Assembly (NCBI RefSeq): GCF_000143415.4
Contig: NW_003314276.1
Span: 1,402,696 to 1,466,695, forward strand
Length of the DNA: 64,000 nucleotides
Direction: 5' to 3'
Source: Selaginella moellendorffii
Lineage: Eukaryota > Plantae > Lycopodiophyta
Each line of letters starts with the position of its first letter. Position 1 is the first letter of the stretch. Made by a program: the position numbers and the translations under genes. The notes beneath the pieces were generated by a model. It worked only from the letters and a program-made list of their open reading frames with translations, was not told the DNA's origin and searched no databases. Of the stretch, positions 27,718 to 40,234 are shown piece after piece.

Positions 27718-28982
27718 GTGGTGATAGTTTAGAATATGAGGACACTTATTTTTTGGTGGTCATGGACCCTTAGTAAGGAGGCTGACTTGGGCACACTGCC
27801 AAGTAGGGGATCACTCGGAGTCATTATATATAGTTAAATTGCTTAGTGTGAAAGCTTAGCATATCTAACTTGAACAACTCTGATGTAAGTGGCACCAAGG
27901 ATTTGGTGAATGAGATGGGGATGCCTAATTTCAGTTTCCATGGACTTTTAGCCAGAAGGTTGGCTTGGGTGCACTACCAAGTGTGGGGGATGCCCCCAAG
28001 GTCATAGTCAACAATTTAAAAATTCAAAAAACTTAGCACTTATTGGCAAATCTATTAAGGTGTTAAAGTGAGATCACTAGGTGATCTTATGACTAAACAA
28101 GGATAAAGTCTTTGTGATGTTATGGAATAAAGTTCCTAGTTCAAAATGTTGATTTAAATTATTGGTAATGGTGTGACTTGGTCAAAGTGACCAAGTGGAA
28201 AGGACACATAAAATAACTAAGTTATAGCAATGTAATATTGTTGTGAGTCTAAGAAAATAGTCTTTAAGGAAGGACTTATAAGTGGGTTGCAAAGTTGGGC
28301 CATGAATTGAGCCCATAACAAATAATGTTAAAGAGACTTATTAGGGGTGAACACTCCCTGGATTTAGGGAAGCAAAACCTTTGTTATAAAATTGAAAGGA
28401 TATTTCGAGTATGGAGGTAGTGATTTATGTTCCTTGGTGCAACAATTAAATGATAGAAGCAAAAAATTAGTGGCTAAAAATGGGCTATAGAAATCATTGG
28501 AAAGAATCCAAATGGCAAAATTAGGTGAGGAACATTTGTATGTTAGATACTAACGGATTATGGGAAAGGAAATATATTTTCAAAGATAAATTCCTAAATC
28601 TTCCAATTTGGAGAAGGTGAAAGCTCCAAGAAATGGAGCGGAAAAGTAGCCAAATAATAGGCCATGGATAGCCTAACACAAATTATGAATAGATGAAACT
28701 TAATGCCAAGGGTGGCATGAAATAAAAGAAAAGATGACAGTACCTTCAAGTAAGAACTTTTTAAGATGGGGAAGTGGTGTTTGCATAACCAGTGCAATAC
28801 AAAGTGTTGAATACACCTAGGAAATTGATTCAAGATATCAATATTAAAATTCCAGAATGTGATAGTTATATTGGTAGAGGCTGAGACTACTCCTAAATAA
28901 GTAGTAAAATTGAAATAGAAAAAGTGTCTCTAACGAGTTTAACATAAACTAAATGAACATAACGGGAAGGGACCACTATAAG

Positions 28983-30475
28983 TGTCACGAATGTGACTTC
29001 GAGTATCGAAAGTTACGTATCGGTTAGTCTTTTCAGATATTCTTTCCTTGCTGCCACAACGGTAAAAGGTCGGTATTGCTAGACTCTTTATCAGTCCCTT
29101 TTGTACTAGTGGAGTTAATTTGGCATTTCAAGTGTACTTAGATCAGACGAGCATAAGGATGGAATTCCTATATACTATTAGCTAAACATATTTAACCCGG
29201 TAAGGAGTTCCCATCTCGTTATGTCTTGTATTGACTAATGACAAGAGCTTTCGCGTATTGAGATTAATTCCTCAATATTGCTAGATGATAGCTTACTGTG
29301 TTTTCCAAACACCTTCACTATTATACTTTTTGTGTTAGTCTCATTATGGTCCCAAATGCTATTTATAAAAAGTGTCTAGATTTACTCAATTGGCATATCT
29401 ATGGAATATAAAGATTGTTCTGAATACAATGGTGTTCGTCCCATATCCAAATTCGTAATTTAGGAACATTCCATATTTAGTAAGTTTCAAGCTTATCCTA
29501 GATACTAACTCTTAGTACTAAGGGTGGCTAAGGGTGAAAGCCCAAAGCATGTGTTTCTCAAGGGTGGGGGGGTGGGGGGGGGGGGAGACTATGGGGGGTG
29601 TAAGTGATTAAATTTTCCATTCTACTTTAGTTACTTAATCACACCTTTGACCACTTGGAGGAGTCCCATAAATCTTATTCCGGACTTAGGGTTTATTAGC
29701 CCCGAGAATGGCATCCCTGCCACTCATGAGTACCTTTGCACTTGGTCTAAGGCTTCACATGTCTAATCCCATGACCAACACCCAAAGGTGGAGCTCATTG
29801 GGAGTTCCACTCTCACTCTTGACTTTTTGAGTCGAAGCTTTTTAGTCCAAATGTGTTACTCTCATTTAGCTTCCACTTCAACCACTACCATAAGGCACTT
29901 TTAGTTCCACTTTTGGGGCTCTGGAATTTACATCTCATAGAGGGTTCCAAATGTATAGTAGGGATAATGGGTAGGTCGGGCATGGCCAACCAACCTAAGG
30001 TATAGTTTAGCTCCTACTTGTGTACCTATCCTTGTTCTACATTTGGCTTGGGTCTAAGTCTGAGTTCTATATCATGCTAGTCGGTGGAGTATTTATATCC
30101 TCGCGTTAGGCCACCAGTATGCCGAAATAGTGCTAGACTCTGTTTAGCTCCATTTTGTGTGTTGGTTCTAGTATTGGGATGCTGGATGCTCTAAAACTAT
30201 TCCAAATTGCTTTGTACTCCTGTCCTTTTGTTCCTTGGGTTGTATGCTTAGGAGTCACTCTATGCTCTAGTTCTTTTTCTCCTTGGCTCCATGCTTAAAA
30301 GTTTGTCTCTGTTTTTTCATTCAATGGCCCAAGGCCTTGAAACTTAGGTTCCACTCCACTATCTTTGGGGACACATGGCATGTGACACATGGCATATGGA
30401 GGGTTTAGGTTTTGCTTCGTGGTTATCCTATAGTAAATCACCATAGGATAAAAGGTAAAAATCACGTGTGCTACA
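28983..30475 (+). mobile_element. Solo LTR, family B-like, with nested insertion
   Basis: TGTCACGAATGTGAC...GTGTGCTACA with perfect 5-bp TSD ATAAG. Confidence 0.88.
29599..29939 (-). mobile_element. Internally deleted family-C solo LTR nested in the G-run of the family-B LTR
   Basis: Both family-C termini in reverse complement (TGTAAGTGATTAAATTTT...CATCTCATA). Flanks GGGGG/GAGGG. Confidence 0.7.
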
Positions 30476-31055
30476 ATAAGTGGTCTAATAAGTCTCTAAA
30501 TTGGAGAGATTATGCTCCTTAGAGGATAGGTAAGGCATGGTGAGCCATCGGTATCAAACCATTGATGAATATTAGCTTGGGGCCAAGGATAAAAAATGGT
30601 AATCCATGATGGGGTTATTTTATAAAATGGTTTATCCTTCGATGAGGACATCAAACTTTGTCTATGGGTAGTAAAGTTATGAGACACAAATCCCTAAGCC
30701 CTAAAGTGGAGCCAAAATAGTGCCACCTAGTAGTAGTCAAAGTGGAAGTCCAACAAGTGTAACATGTTTGGACCAAAAGCTCTAACTTGGAAAGTCAAGA
30801 GCAAGATAGAACTTCGAACAAAGTGCTCAAAAAATGAATATAAGGCAATCGGTGATTAAGTCTCTAAAAAGAGACATAAGAATGATTAACACATGGCAAA
30901 TGTTGTGACATATGGAAGTGTTAACAATGAGTCCGAGATGGGAACCCTAGAAGGAGTCCAAAGTGGAGTTTGAGAAGAAGTCTAAGAAGGAATATGAGAT
31001 GGAATCCAAGATGAACTTGAGATGGACCCAAGATAGAGTCCGAGATGGACCCAAG

Positions 31056-32215
31056 TGTAAGGAACCGACTCCCCGAGATGTCGTAGGCTAAAGGATCCCC
31101 AAAAGCTTGACCGAAATGACAAAGAGTTCATCGGATGAGACCAAGTCTAGGATCGAGTCCAAGACCGACTCTAGGACCGAGTTCGAGATAGAGTCCGGAA
31201 TCGAGTCCGAGACCGACTCGGGGACCGAGTTTGAGTCCGAGTTCGAGACCGAGTTCGAGACGGAGTCCGAGATCCGAAATTGGGTCCGAGACCGAGTCCG
31301 AGGTCGAGTCCGAGGTCGGGTCCGAGATCAGGTCCGAGATCGAGTCCGAGATCGAGTCCGAGACCGAATCCGAAGTCGGATCCGAAATCGGGTCCGAGAT
31401 CGAGCCAGAGACTAAGTCCAAATACTAATACGGGTCAAGGGGTGAAAGCCCAAAGCGTGCGTCTCCCAGGGGGGGGGGGGGCTGCAGGGGGTTCCAAAAG
31501 TATAGTAGGGATAGTGAGGTCCAGGAACCAGTTTTGAAGGGACTCTCCAGTTGGGCTTCCAAACCGACTTGAGGTTGAGACTGGGACCAAGGGGCCTTGG
31601 GTGGGAGTGAGCATGGACTTGGCTGGTGCCGGAGGGGCCATCCAAGGAAGTGCTCAAGAGCAGCTCCCACTCTCGAAAGGGAAACCGATTGCGGTGCTCC
31701 CGGCTCATGTGGAGTGGTGCCCCACTTGAGTACCATGCGGCTCATTGGTCCTCGCCCTTCCTAGGGGCTTGGGCCTCCCTTCGGGATGGAAGTGGGGGGC
31801 GAGAGGTACCCATACTGGGCCGTTAGGCCACGGTGTTTCGCCCCGACGTCCCGAAGCAAGTGCTGCACCCAAGGCTTGGGATTTAGAGGGTCCCATGATC
31901 AAGTCTTGTGGTACCAAGGGGTGTTAGGAATCTGGAGGCTTGGTGTGCTTGGTTGCTTGTGCCTGCGGGGAGTGTAGCCGAACCTTAAGTCCAGTCTAAC
32001 CCGGGGAGGGGGATTGGGAGAGATTTGGGAATCCATAGATGGATGGCTAACACTCCGTTGCTCGTGCAGTGAGTAGCTGAAACCAAGTAGGACCAAGTAG
32101 GAGCTGGTACCATAGGCAAGAACCTTGGCGAGGGAACTTAGCACAAGCCAAGGCAGAGTTGGTCGGATAGACGAGGTAAGCTGGCAAAGTGGAAAGGAAA
32201 AATTTGTGGCTTACA
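31056..32215 (+). repeat. 5' LTR (1160 bp)
   Basis: TG...CA, followed by PBS. Contains a GAGTCC/GAGACC hexamer array at ~31140-31420. Confidence 0.97.
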
Positions 32216-32218
32216 ATT

Positions 32219-32230
32219 TGGTATCGGAGC
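32219..32230 (+). promoter_or_regulatory. Primer binding site complementary to initiator tRNA-Met 3' end
   Basis: TGGTATCGGAGC vs canonical TGGTATCAGAGC, 3 nt after the LTR. Confidence 0.9.
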
Positions 32231-32274
32231 CTCTTCCTCAGTTCTAGTGAAGGATAGAGGCAGATTGCTGGGAG

Positions 32275-34152
32275 ATGGCAAAGGCAGGGCGTAAGCGAAC
32301 CCAAGCGGAGACAGAACCTCCGCCAGAGCTGGAGCCTCCGGTCGAACAGGAGGCTATGGATGAGGAATCCTTGCATGAGGAGGATTCCAGTGAGGAAACT
32401 TCCAAACAGGAGTCCGGTGGCGAGGTTCGGTCGTCCAAGGCTCCATTGGACGTTCTAGAAGGACAATTGGCGCAGACCAATGCCCTGCTAGAGACTCTCG
32501 TGCGCAAGCTTAAGCGTGACGAGAAGCGGAAGAAAAAGCGAAAGACTGCGGATGCTGGCAGCGCAGAAGGTGCTGACCCATCAGCAGGGACCGAGGCAAA
32601 ACCAGACAAGGTCGAACAAACCAAAGTGGAATCAGTCCCTCAAGCAGTTCCCAAGTACAAACCAAAGCCCCCACCGGTCTTCAAGGGAGTGAACGACTAT
32701 AAGGTGGTGGAGGATTGGTTTTACGATATGGAGGACTACTTCCAAGCGTTGCGATTACCGAGCTCAGAGAAGGTCCCATGTGCGAAACCATACTTGGCAG
32801 ATAATGCCAAGTCTTGGTGGAGAACAACAGAGGCCAACGAAGGACCGGTGGCCACTTGGGAAATGATGAAGGCGAGGATCCGCGCAACTTACGTTCCTCC
32901 GAATGCTACTCTGCATCTAAGGGACGAGCTGAGTAGGCTGAAGCAGACCGGAACCATTCAGGAGTATGTGAATGGGTTTATGGCAAAGAGGATAATTGTC
33001 ACGGACATGGGGGATATGGATGCGTTCCATGCCTTCATATCAGGTTTGCAAACCTGGGCTTGCGGCGAAGTAATGCGGTGGAACCCGACCAACTACAAGG
33101 AAGCGTTGGATGCGGCCATCAAGGTGCATTTTAACGATAACCTGCGAAAAGGGAACACGACGGGGTCGGGATCCACGTTTAGCAAAGGGGCCAAACCAAG
33201 GGGAACGTTTAACAGAGGGAAATTCAAGAGGAGTTTCTCTAAGAATGAGTCCTCGGGGTTTCGGAAAGGCAAATCCGGTGGCCAGCGAGCGAGTACGTGG
33301 GAGAGTCAAGCGAAAAGAGACAAACCCACGGATAAGAAGGTCAAGTCATATAGCAGCGTGGGAAACAACGTATGCTACAACTATGGTGAAGCGGGACACT
33401 TCTCGAGGGAATGTCCCTACCCGAAGAAGGCCAGAGCCAATATGGCCATCAAATCGGGTGAAATCCAAACGGAGGTATGTGATTCAGTCCCTAACTCAAA
33501 GTTACTCATTACACGAGCAACTTTGGTAGAGAGTCGTTCGCGACATCTACTAGCCCTCCGAGGGAAGCTCGGAGGTAGCTTTGTTAAAATCCTTATTGAC
33601 ACGGGTGCTTCGGATAATTTTGTGGCTGCAGACATAGTCCGGCAAGCCGGACTAACGGTGTAGCGGCTAGGCGAACCAAGGACTATAGAGTTTGTTCAAG
33701 GTAGCCAAAGCACCGATGAGGTACTTCGACAAGCGAGAGTCGAAGTGGGGACTTGGAAGGTGGACATGGATTTCACTGTGTTGGACATGGCGGGATTTGA
33801 CGTGATCTTCGGAATGGACTGGTTCAATCGATTCGTGGTAGCCCTACATGGACAAGGTAGAAACCTTGTGGTACTGGCGAATGCCCAAGGAAGAAGATCT
33901 AGGGTGGAGGCCCAAGATCTAAAGGTAGGGCAAAGCAAGGCCAAAGATTCCTGCTTAAACCTGGTGTCCACGAGAGGACAACTCACTAAAGGAACTAAGG
34001 CGGCCTTTTTGTGCTTACTCTCGGTGAAGAGTGACAAAAAGACAGGAATGGAAGAAGTACCTTTAGTGATCCAACGGGTGTTGGACCAATTCCAGGATAC
34101 CATGCCGGAGGAGCTACCGGCGGGGCTACCCCCAGCACGACCGATAAAACAT
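32275..34152 (+). pseudogene. Gag and aspartic protease part of gag-pol (stop at 33661, cut by insertion at 34152)
   Basis: Retrotrans_gag-like AKSWW and LKQTGTIQEY, knuckle CYNYGEAGHFSREC (second C mutated), LIDTGA, DVIFGMDW, LPPARPIKH| junction. Confidence 0.92.
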
Positions 34153-34594
34153 AAGCTCTATTTCGTTAAAGTGGGAATTGTCATTATCCCACTTGTAAAA
34201 TAAGGTTTCCAAACCTTTATATAGTATATAAATATAACAAAATTCAACTGCATTGAGGCACATGCCATTTTATTTTAAACAAGGAAATGTCTACTCAATC
34301 ACTTCTCCTCCCCCTGCCACTGCTTCACCTCTCTCTTCTCCTTGTCATCGTCATCCAATTTCTTTCCATCCTTTTAATATTGGCTCAGTTGCTCCAAGTC
34401 TAGGTGGAGCCCAAGTCCCCATTCAATCTTTACTTTCCCCTTATTAATAAAACAACTTCGTAGACTTCCAATAACATGCTGTAACACTTCTAGTATAATG
34501 CAAATCCTCTCAAAGAATTGTCTTTTAATATTAATACAATGGCATGGAACCCCATGCCATAAAAAGTTACATTTTAAAATAAATACATGCCATC

Positions 34595-37500
34595 TCAGAC
34601 TGTTATTTTTTGCCTCCAACGCCTATACAATAATCTTGGAATTTCATCACTCTCCACACTATCAGGATTTAAACCCAATAGTAATGCCATCTCTTCTCTA
34701 ATACATCCACGCTCATGTTCAGTGGTCGAAGAACCCATCCGGTTGAGCAGATTATGGAGATGCGGATAGTGCTTGGCTAGACAATATACATGCCATAAAT
34801 GATGACTGGTGTCTGTCCGATCAAATGGCTTCTGATATACCGTTCCATCTGCCATTTGGTTGATTTCTGCAGCCACCTCCTGGACTGGCCAGTTCTCTAT
34901 CACCATCGCTCCAAGCCGTTTTGCAAGGTCCCCCAGAACATACGGTTTCTTCTCCCTAGTTTCCATACTGCAAGAGATGGGGTGCACTGCATATGTGTGC
35001 ATGTTTGCTGCAGTTTTAATCGGCGAGTCATCGATGATGAGGATTTCACTTGAGCTAGCAGTCCGGTTCATCACTACAGCCTCTAGCTTGACGAAGATGG
35101 GCTTGCTACCCCTCACATGGACCATAGTCAAGCAATCCTCCTGCGTTAGGAGAAAGTCAAATGGTAATATTACTCGCGTCTGATCGTGCATCATCTGTAG
35201 CAACGTTAATGCATTGTGGTGCATCATGGATGTCCAAACTCCCAATTGCAAATTGAACCCGGCCCTCTGTTTTAAGTGTCGCATGGTCATTATTAGATCC
35301 CGCAGTTTCTCCCGTGTGATTAATGTGAATCTGTCTCTTTTGACCAACTTGCGACCACAGGCTTTGGAGGGTGCAATGACATTCGAGGACGAGCCACTCT
35401 CATGGGAGAAAAGGACACCGTTCAGATCAAAAATGATACAGTACCTTCGCCGTGACTCTGAAATGAAATGCGTCAGCATAAAAAATGGTACAAGTCAATT
35501 TTACCATCTACAATATTAGCGAATGGTGCTCCCGATGGTCGTTGAGAGGGTTTTGGTCGAGGAAACGTGAAGGGCGGAAATACTCTCCTCTGCAATGTGG
35601 GGTCAATCGCATCCAATGGCGTGTGGGCACATGCCATTTCAGCTGTAGACTCTGGTACAACTGGCTCAACAGTGGCATGGGGTGGTTCCGATGGCGTGTG
35701 ATCACACGCCATTTCAGCTGGTGCCTCCATTGGCAAAGTGGACATGACCGAATAGGCAGCAGGGGCGGTGTAGGGAGGTTCCAACGGCGCGTAGTCAGAC
35801 GATTGGGCACACGTTGAGTCCGTTGGAAATGAGGATACAACCGGCTCGGCGGCTGGGGCGGCCTCATGCGGGTCCAATGGCGCCTGGTCACCGTCAGTTG
35901 GATACGTGGACAAGATTGACTCAGTGGTATGGGCAGCATCAAGTGGAGCGTGGTCAGCTTGCTTGGCGTTGATATGGATAGTAGCCTCCACCAGCTCTGA
36001 TGACTCTTGCAGGCAAGTAGAGTCCACTGGCGGATCCATATGCATGTCCAAATATCTCCCTTCGATTGAGATGGTATCCTCCCGTGCTACTAAAAACAAA
36101 CTCATTAGCACATTGAATCGACTATACTATATTTATCATCAACTGCTATTGAGGAACTAGGACCGATATCACTTGGGCGCACTACTGATTCTGAAGGATT
36201 GGACATACGTTTCGACCCTTGCTTGGCACTATCCTTCCTCGACACTAAAGGCTAGAGTTTGTAAATTCAACTGAATAATCTCTACTTACCATTTGCTCTG
36301 CGACCTACATGGACAATGTTAGAAATGGTAAAAGGTTAGGAATGGATGTACTATTATTTACCTGATGGTTTGTCTTGTATGACCTTCCTCCGCTGCTCTT
36401 TGGCCACCTCAGGCTGGCCATCGTCGTCATCATCGTCGTCGTCGTTATTGTGATCGTCACCATTGTGAGGACCATCCAAGTCCTCTTCGTCCTCCTCTTC
36501 TTCGTCCTCCTCTTCTTTGTCCTCCTCTTCGTCCTTCTGCTCTTCCTGCTCATTATCTTTCTCTGGCTCCTCATCCCCCTCCTGCATTTCTTCCATAGGC
36601 TGCTCAGGCTGGATGGCTTGTTCTTCCAGGACCATCTTGGGAAAATCATCTGGCCGAGTCTCCATCTCAAAATACAAGACATCCATAGCCTATTTTAGTG
36701 CGTGACCTAGGACCGTATCCTCACCCGACTGTCTTAACATGGTTTCTGCACGTTCTTGCACCCTTCGAAGACGACGAGATGAGAAAAATGTGGCCCTGAC
36801 TTGAAAAGCTTCCCTCATCCATTGTACCTCTCCATTGAGATTGGGGAAGGGGAGTCCGCCATAGGAATCTGAGTCAGGAGGTGGTGACTGCCTACTTTCA
36901 CTCAGCCCTTGATCTGCAATGAATGGCATGAGCACACACGCCATAACCGCGAGGCATTACCTATCATCTTTTCGTTGCCCTTCTTCCTTTTCGAATCAAA
37001 CGCCTCTGATCCCGACGACTGTCCAACGTGCTTTCGCTTTTAATGACCACTGTCAGTTTGAGCTTGGCTGGTGCTTGCCTGTTTTGCCTTTGAAGAAGTG
37101 TCTCCTGCAAGGAATGGCATGAGACCACACGCCATTGCAAATATAATTTGTACCTCCTTTTTTCCTATTGCTTGTCTGTTTGTCCTTCTTCGATGCGCCA
37201 CCAGTGCGCTTTTCAGTCCTCGTGTCTGAATATTCACAACGATCTATAATCAAAATGGCATGAGGCCTCACGTGACCTTACCTTGTGCAAGTTGTGAGCT
37301 CGGCCCAACATGGGTATCTTCAATAGTAGCTGTTAACGCCGTTTCAGCATCTGGGGGTGGCCACGCTCTTGCATACAGAGCTTGTGAGATAACATTTAAA
37401 CTTAAAGTGTGTACTCACCAGGTTCGCAGAGAAGATACTGTTTTTCTTTGGCAACTGTAATTATATGCTCCATTGAAGTCACCTCTTCAATGGAGTTTGT

Positions 37501-40234
37501 CACCACAACACACGGGACACCCTTGAGTAGTGCGGCTCGAAAGAATAGTCCGCCGCAGTTGTACTCGACAACGCATTTGCCCTTGGAGTCGGAAGCAGGT
37601 GACCCACTCGCTATTGCATTGAAGACCCAGCTGAGCATTTCCCATGCTGCACCTGGAGCTTTCTTTGGATTCGAAAGCTCCATAGCCGTCTTCAGTTCCT
37701 CAGGCACGGGTAAATTGACCTCCCTCAGATCAATTCGATTGGCCTTGTCGAACAAAGCTGGGAAGTCACTCCAGTCCCACTCTGCTGCAGGACCAATAAC
37801 AAGGGCGAGTGTGAAGATGCGGACATTCGTCGGTATCTTCTTCTTAGCCATTATCCCATGGATCTCCCGCATCTCCTTGCCTTTCAACCGAGCCTTCACC
37901 TCGTTCAAGGCCTTCCAGAACTTGTGATAGGATTCGGAGTCGTAGATCATATAGTGGACTGAAGATTCCACCTCCGCAAGTCCCACCATTAAGTCAATGA
38001 TGGAGCTGACTTCGTCTGCATGAGTGATCTCCTCGTTTGTGAAGTCCATCACACAAAAGATGTTCTTGACCTGCTCATCTCCGCGGGAAACGATGCTCCT
38101 CCACCTTTGATCCTCATCCGAATTCAAGTATACCCGGTAAGGTTCTCGATAGGCCTCTGCTGCGGGGTCGAGCTGTTTCTGAAGCCGGCGGTCGACATCA
38201 ATCTTAATGAAATTTGGATACTGATCCAACTTCTCAGCTTTACTTTTCGTGGCATCCCGCAGCAGATCGATGAACTTGGGGGCCCCCTTCACGTACTCGT
38301 CGATGTCTTCATTTGACAACTCCAGCGCTTCCATCATCTCTTGCGTGGTGTCGATGCTCACCCTCTCCACGGCCACTTGCTCGAAGATCCAATCCTTCAA
38401 TAGCGCACGAGCTCTCAGAGTCGTGCACAAGTCCTCGTATGTCACAATATGGCCAGGAGTCATTTTGGTCTTGTTGAAGACTACCTCACCACGTAGAAGA
38501 GCATTAGCCACTGTCAGAAGGTCGTCGTCGTCTAGAGACCGCGAGAAATGCAAGGCGTTGAGCTTCAAATCATTAGGCTTCTGGCCGTCCTCCACACTCA
38601 TTGAGTTTGGCAACTCCCCGTCATGGTACCTCCTCAGCACATCTACCCATTTGTCAAAAACAACTTTTGTCGCAAGTAGAATGTTATGGATGCTGAGTGT
38701 GTCATTGACCCCCAGTGTTTTTGAGAGAAGACTCGAGAATTCCTGCAATGGAAATGGTGTGAGGCCACATGCTATGCCACATGCAACGAGGCTTACCTGC
38801 CAGGCGCTAGTTGCTAGTGCACGTCCTTGTCTTGGTTTTTGTGGCTTCTTTAGTTGAACCCAGAGCTTCCGTGTTCGTGCCAATGTCTCGTGCAGACCCG
38901 ATTTGTAGCACGTTTCTTGCTTGACATTCTGCGCGTGGGAGATGTATATGATAGATCGGAGGGGCGAGTTGCCTTTTATCAGGCGGACAACTCTTGTCTT
39001 GAAGACTTTCTTCACCTCCTCGCCCACCATAATATCCACAACTATCTCTTGCATCGCCAAGCTAGAATGCTGCCCGGAGACGGCATAGAACCGGATGTTC
39101 TGATCGTCCAACACCTTCCTATTGATCAAGTCTGGAAACCTCGTCTCGCCCTTCATTGTTCGGTAGTAGGGGATCACGTCTGCGATGTCGGGTGTTACTG
39201 GACTTGCCAGAATCTTCTGCTTCAGTTTCTCCACCCACTCATTAGATACTAGCCTGTGGTTGTATTTGCTTTGGATGTCGATACGGCTCACGTCGATTGT
39301 ATATACTTTGTTGGAATAGTAACAAGTACTATTATCTGCGACGATTTTTGCTGCCTCTTCTTGCTCTTTCTGCTCTTTGCGGCTCTTCTTTTTGGTGGGT
39401 GTAGTGTTCGAACCTGAGGCAATGGCATCACCGAGTAGCTTCTTTTTTGGAGGAGATTCGGATGTCGGCTTGAGCTTGACCACCCTTTTCTGCTTCGGGG
39501 TAGTTTCCAGATCGACCCCCTTCCCCTTCGCTTCGCGAACTGGAGGCACTCTCAACGGCTCAATGTTGGAATATATTTTTTGAACATCGCCGTAGGTGAG
39601 GTCCGTGGATTCCATGTGATCTTCATAGACCCGCAGCGTCTTTGAAATTGTGGGCCTCCTGGACAACCTCTCCCTAGCTCCCTCTAGGAATTCCTCATAG
39701 CCGCTGCCCCCCTCCGGGAAGCCGCTAGGATGTGCAAGGTGGATCTTGAAGGCAGACGCTGTCTCTACCACAAGTGCCAGTCCATATTCTTGCATGGAAC
39801 TGCATGGAGTGTCTGTCACTTGGATGAGGATCCCCATGCATTCTTTTCTCCCACCATCTGTGTTGTACAGCCTCAGATCCTCGCCTTCCATCCCGAAAGT
39901 CCAACTGGTGAGCTCCTCCCCCTTCTCTGCATCCACATTGACAGTGGCTGGAAGAAGAATGCAATTCCTCGCTTGTTCATAAATGCACAACAATTAGAGT
40001 TGACAGAAGAAAAGCTAGCAGCTGGAAATAACGTGAGGCCACACGCCATTCACCACTGCATCAGATGTCTTGAGGCTGCATCCTAAGATGGCGTGAGGCT
40101 ACACGCCATCTGTAACCGGACTGCACTCAAGAGCCCAATCGGTGCATGCCAATGTTGCTACTGAATGGCATGTGGCCTCATGCCATTTTCTACTTGGCCT
40201 AAAAGACTTACCATTTGAAGCCGAATGGAGGCAT
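34595..40234 (-). pseudogene. Multi-exon cargo gene, ~1600 aa: ParB/Srx-like domain, degenerate N6/N4 MTase-like region, Lys-rich/acidic/Pro-rich linker, C-terminal FCP1/NIF-like HAD phosphatase; two premature stops; first exon uncertain
   Basis: GT-AG introns on - at 38743-38796, ~37351-37418, ~37226-37281, 37105-37153, 36914-36960, 36305-36361, 36245-36289, 36090-36163 and 35458-35504 join the listed ORFs in frame. Stops at 37040 and 36690. Motifs NHR..FYAVSGQHSSLA, VVEYNCGG..AALLKG, IIFDLNGVL, VWTS, IIDDSPIK. Confidence 0.72.

Larger units (their letters stand above)
26330..30677 (+). mobile_element. Internal non-coding region of a family-C non-autonomous LTR element, interrupted by two solo LTRs
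   Basis: Similar to 54300-55110 and 61500-61988. Ends in PPT ATGGGTAGTAAAGT directly before the LTR at 30678. Confidence 0.6.

Noticed and set aside
34151-34153. Alternative boundary with 25-bp TIR (TAAGCT...AGCTTA) and 2-bp TSD CA
   Set aside because: Formally possible, but the 4-bp ACAT reading fits a Sola-type transposase. Other copies are needed to settle it.
37409-39583. Plus-strand ORFs of 100-200 aa (and minus ORF 44573-45451)
   Set aside because: Antisense shadows of the cargo gene and transposase, with no motifs.
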